In this document: positions 33,148 through 35,017 of the stretch, in pieces | Numbering within the stretch: position 1 is the first letter of the stretch | How the letters are laid out: each line of letters begins with the position of its first letter | IMG/VR virus record: IMGVR_UViG_3300010005_000003 | Coordinates: 1-35,017 of that record | Source: a virus | Taxonomy: Duplodnaviria > Caudoviricetes | Direction: 5' to 3' (one strand) | Length of the DNA stretch: 35,017 nucleotides | Program-made: the position numbers and the translations under genes | Notes under the pieces: model-generated | What the model was told of the DNA's origin: nothing | Seen by the model: the letters and a program-made list of their open reading frames with translations, nothing else | Database searches by the model: none

Positions 33148-34866
33148 GTGAGCAAGCTTCAATCCTCAACCCACCTGACCCAGGGCGACGTCGATCCTTT
33201 GAAGGGCGACTTCCGTCTCTTCCTATGGATGATCTGGCAGCACATCAATCTGCCTGACCCCACGCCGGTCCAGTACGACATCGCCCGGTTCCTCCAGCAC
33301 GGTCCCAACAAGATCTGCATTGAGGCCTTCCGAGGGGTCGGCAAGTCCTTCATCACCTCGGCCTTCGTGCTCTGGTGCCTGTACTGCAATCCCCAACTCA
33401 AGATCATGGTCGTCTCGGCCTCCAAGAACCGAGCGGACAACTTCGTGACCTTCACGATGCAGTTGATCCAGACCGTCCCACAGTTGGCATTCCTCAAGCC
33501 GCGTCCGGATCAGCGCTCCTCCCGCGTCGAGTTCGACGTCGGCCCAGCGACCCCCGACCAGACACCCAGTGTGTTCGCCAAGGGGATCGACAGCCAGCTT
33601 ACGGGTGGCCGCGCAGACATCATCATCTCCGACGACGTCGAGGTCATGAACAACTCCATGACGGTCGCCGCTCGCGATCTGCTCCAGGAGAAGACCAAGG
33701 AATACTCGGCTATCTTGAAGCCGCTGCCCCACGCCAGGATCATCTACCTGGGGACGCCGCAGACCGAGGACAGCATCTACAACAAGCTGCCCGAGACCTT
33801 CACCCGGCGCATCTGGCCAGCCCAGGTTCCCACCAAGGACGAGCGCCCAGGCTACGGCGACGATCTCGCCCCGCTGATCAACAAGATGTTCGTGGACGGC
33901 CTCTATGGTGCCCCCTCGGACCCGCAGCGCTTCGACCAGGACGAACTGATCCAGCGACGTGCAGAGTACGGAGCGGCTGGCTACCAGCTTCAGTTCATGC
34001 TGAACACCAAGCTCTCCGACGAGGAGCGCTACCCGCTCAAGCTCAAGAACCTGATCGTCACCCCGGTGCCGCCCGAGAAGGCGCCCTACGAGGTCTACTG
34101 GCTGCCGAACCCCGACCGCCACCTCAAGGATCTCCCGCTGTACGGCATGGCTGGCGACAAGTACTTCGCGGATGCGGGGCATGGCTCCCAGTTCGCTGAC
34201 TACCAGCACCGCGTCATGGCTATCGACCCCTCGGGCCGAGGCAAGGACGAGACCGGATACGCCATCGGCTACATGCTCGCGTCCAACATATGGATACCCA
34301 AGGCGGGTGGCCTCCAGGGCGGCTATGAGCCTGAGGTCCTCCAGCATCTCGCGAAGCTCGCCAAGAGCCACAAGGTCCAGTCCATCGTCATCGAGAGCAA
34401 CTTCGGTGACGGCATGTTCGCTCGCCTCCTGGAGCCCGAGCTACGCAAGCTGGCAGTGGGCGCCGAGATCGTCGAGGTCCGGAACCACACCATGAAGGAG
34501 CAGCGCATCTGTGACGTGCTGGAGCCTGTCGTATCCTCGCACCGGCTGATCGTCGATCCCTCGGTCATCGACCAGGACCACGAGACCATCCAGAAGTACG
34601 AGACCATGGTGCGGCAGCACAAGTCCCTGTTCCACCAGATGACCCACATCTGCCGACAGAAGGATGCCCTGAGGCATGACGACCGGCTGGACGCACTGGC
34701 TATGCTGGTGCAGCACTTCACGGAGATCATGAACCAGGACGCCCAGGTCCTAGCAGACCAGCAGTACCAGGACTGGCTGAAGACGGAGATGGACAAGATC
34801 CACGAGAGCCCCCTGAATAAGGCCTTCGCGGACAACGCCATGATGTGGTCAGATGACCTGATTTAG
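33148..34866 (+). CDS. gp19: Terminase large subunit (gp19-like)
   Basis: AFRGVGKSFIT, LTGGRADIIISDDVE, LGTPQTE, IDPSGRGKDETG, ESNFGDGM, HDDRLDAL. Confidence 0.98.
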   Translation: MSKLQSSTHLTQGDVDPLKGDFRLFLWMIWQHINLPDPTPVQYDIARFLQHGPNKICIEAFRGVGKSFITSAFVLWCLYCNPQLKIMVVSASKNRADNFVTFTMQLIQTVPQLAFLKPRPDQRSSRVEFDVGPATPDQTPSVFAKGIDSQLTGGRADIIISDDVEVMNNSMTVAARDLLQEKTKEYSAILKPLPHARIIYLGTPQTEDSIYNKLPETFTRRIWPAQVPTKDERPGYGDDLAPLINKMFVDGLYGAPSDPQRFDQDELIQRRAEYGAAGYQLQFMLNTKLSDEERYPLKLKNLIVTPVPPEKAPYEVYWLPNPDRHLKDLPLYGMAGDKYFADAGHGSQFADYQHRVMAIDPSGRGKDETGYAIGYMLASNIWIPKAGGLQGGYEPEVLQHLAKLAKSHKVQSIVIESNFGDGMFARLLEPELRKLAVGAEIVEVRNHTMKEQRICDVLEPVVSSHRLIVDPSVIDQDHETIQKYETMVRQHKSLFHQMTHICRQKDALRHDDRLDALAMLVQHFTEIMNQDAQVLADQQYQDWLKTEMDKIHESPLNKAFADNAMMWSDDLI

Positions 34867-34898
34867 GGTGTAAAAAGACCAGCAATATCAATGGGTTC

Positions 34899-34917
34899 GA
34901 AAGGTGCCCATACTGCA
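34899..34917 (+). promoter_or_regulatory. Putative phage RNAP promoter, right-end (phiOR-like) copy
   Basis: Identical to 12905-12923 and located after the terminase. Confidence 0.8.
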
Positions 34918-34919
34918 TG

Positions 34920-34999
34920 AGGGCCCGTGAAGATATATACCAGGAGATTAGCTTAGGTATCCCCCTAGGTGACCCTCCAGGTGTCCCTCCACGGGCCCT
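34920..34999 (+). repeat. Inverted repeat / long hairpin downstream of the right-end promoter
   Basis: AGGGCCCGTG (34920-34929) and CACGGGCCCT (34990-34999). Confidence 0.75.
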
Positions 35000-35017
35000 A
35001 CGAGTTACCCGATGCCC

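Noticed and set aside
33375-34199. 274-aa alternative-frame ORF in the terminase (T7 19.2-like?)
   Set aside because: R/P/G-rich shadow composition and no wobble-position shift in the terminase frame.

Overview
This window is about 35 kb of a T7-like podovirus (Autographiviridae-type) genome, with all credible genes on the + strand. It starts inside the single-subunit RNA polymerase and runs through the replication module (SSB, endonuclease I, primase-helicase, family A DNA polymerase, exonuclease, gp1.7/DUF3310). A terminator plus phage promoter then opens the virion module (gp6.7/7.3-like, portal, scaffold, HNH, capsid, tail tubes, gp13-16, split tail fibre), followed by the lysis genes and terminases, and it ends at a second copy of the phage promoter near the presumed right end. 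High GC and apparent GANTC depletion suggest an alphaproteobacterial host. The most unusual signals are: (1) candidate overprinted +1-frame genes inside RNAP, primase-helicase and DNA polymerase, each coinciding with a patch of A/T-ending codons; (2) a Shine-Dalgarno-free hairpin/pyrimidine-tract/TGA(A/C)AC-N6-ATG leader shared by late genes; (3) a CTTCG-N4-CGAAG palindrome at early-gene ribosome binding sites and beside the late promoter; (4) a lysine-rich protein ending in a MinD-like membrane-targeting helix. All calls come from reading motifs by eye; no searches were run.
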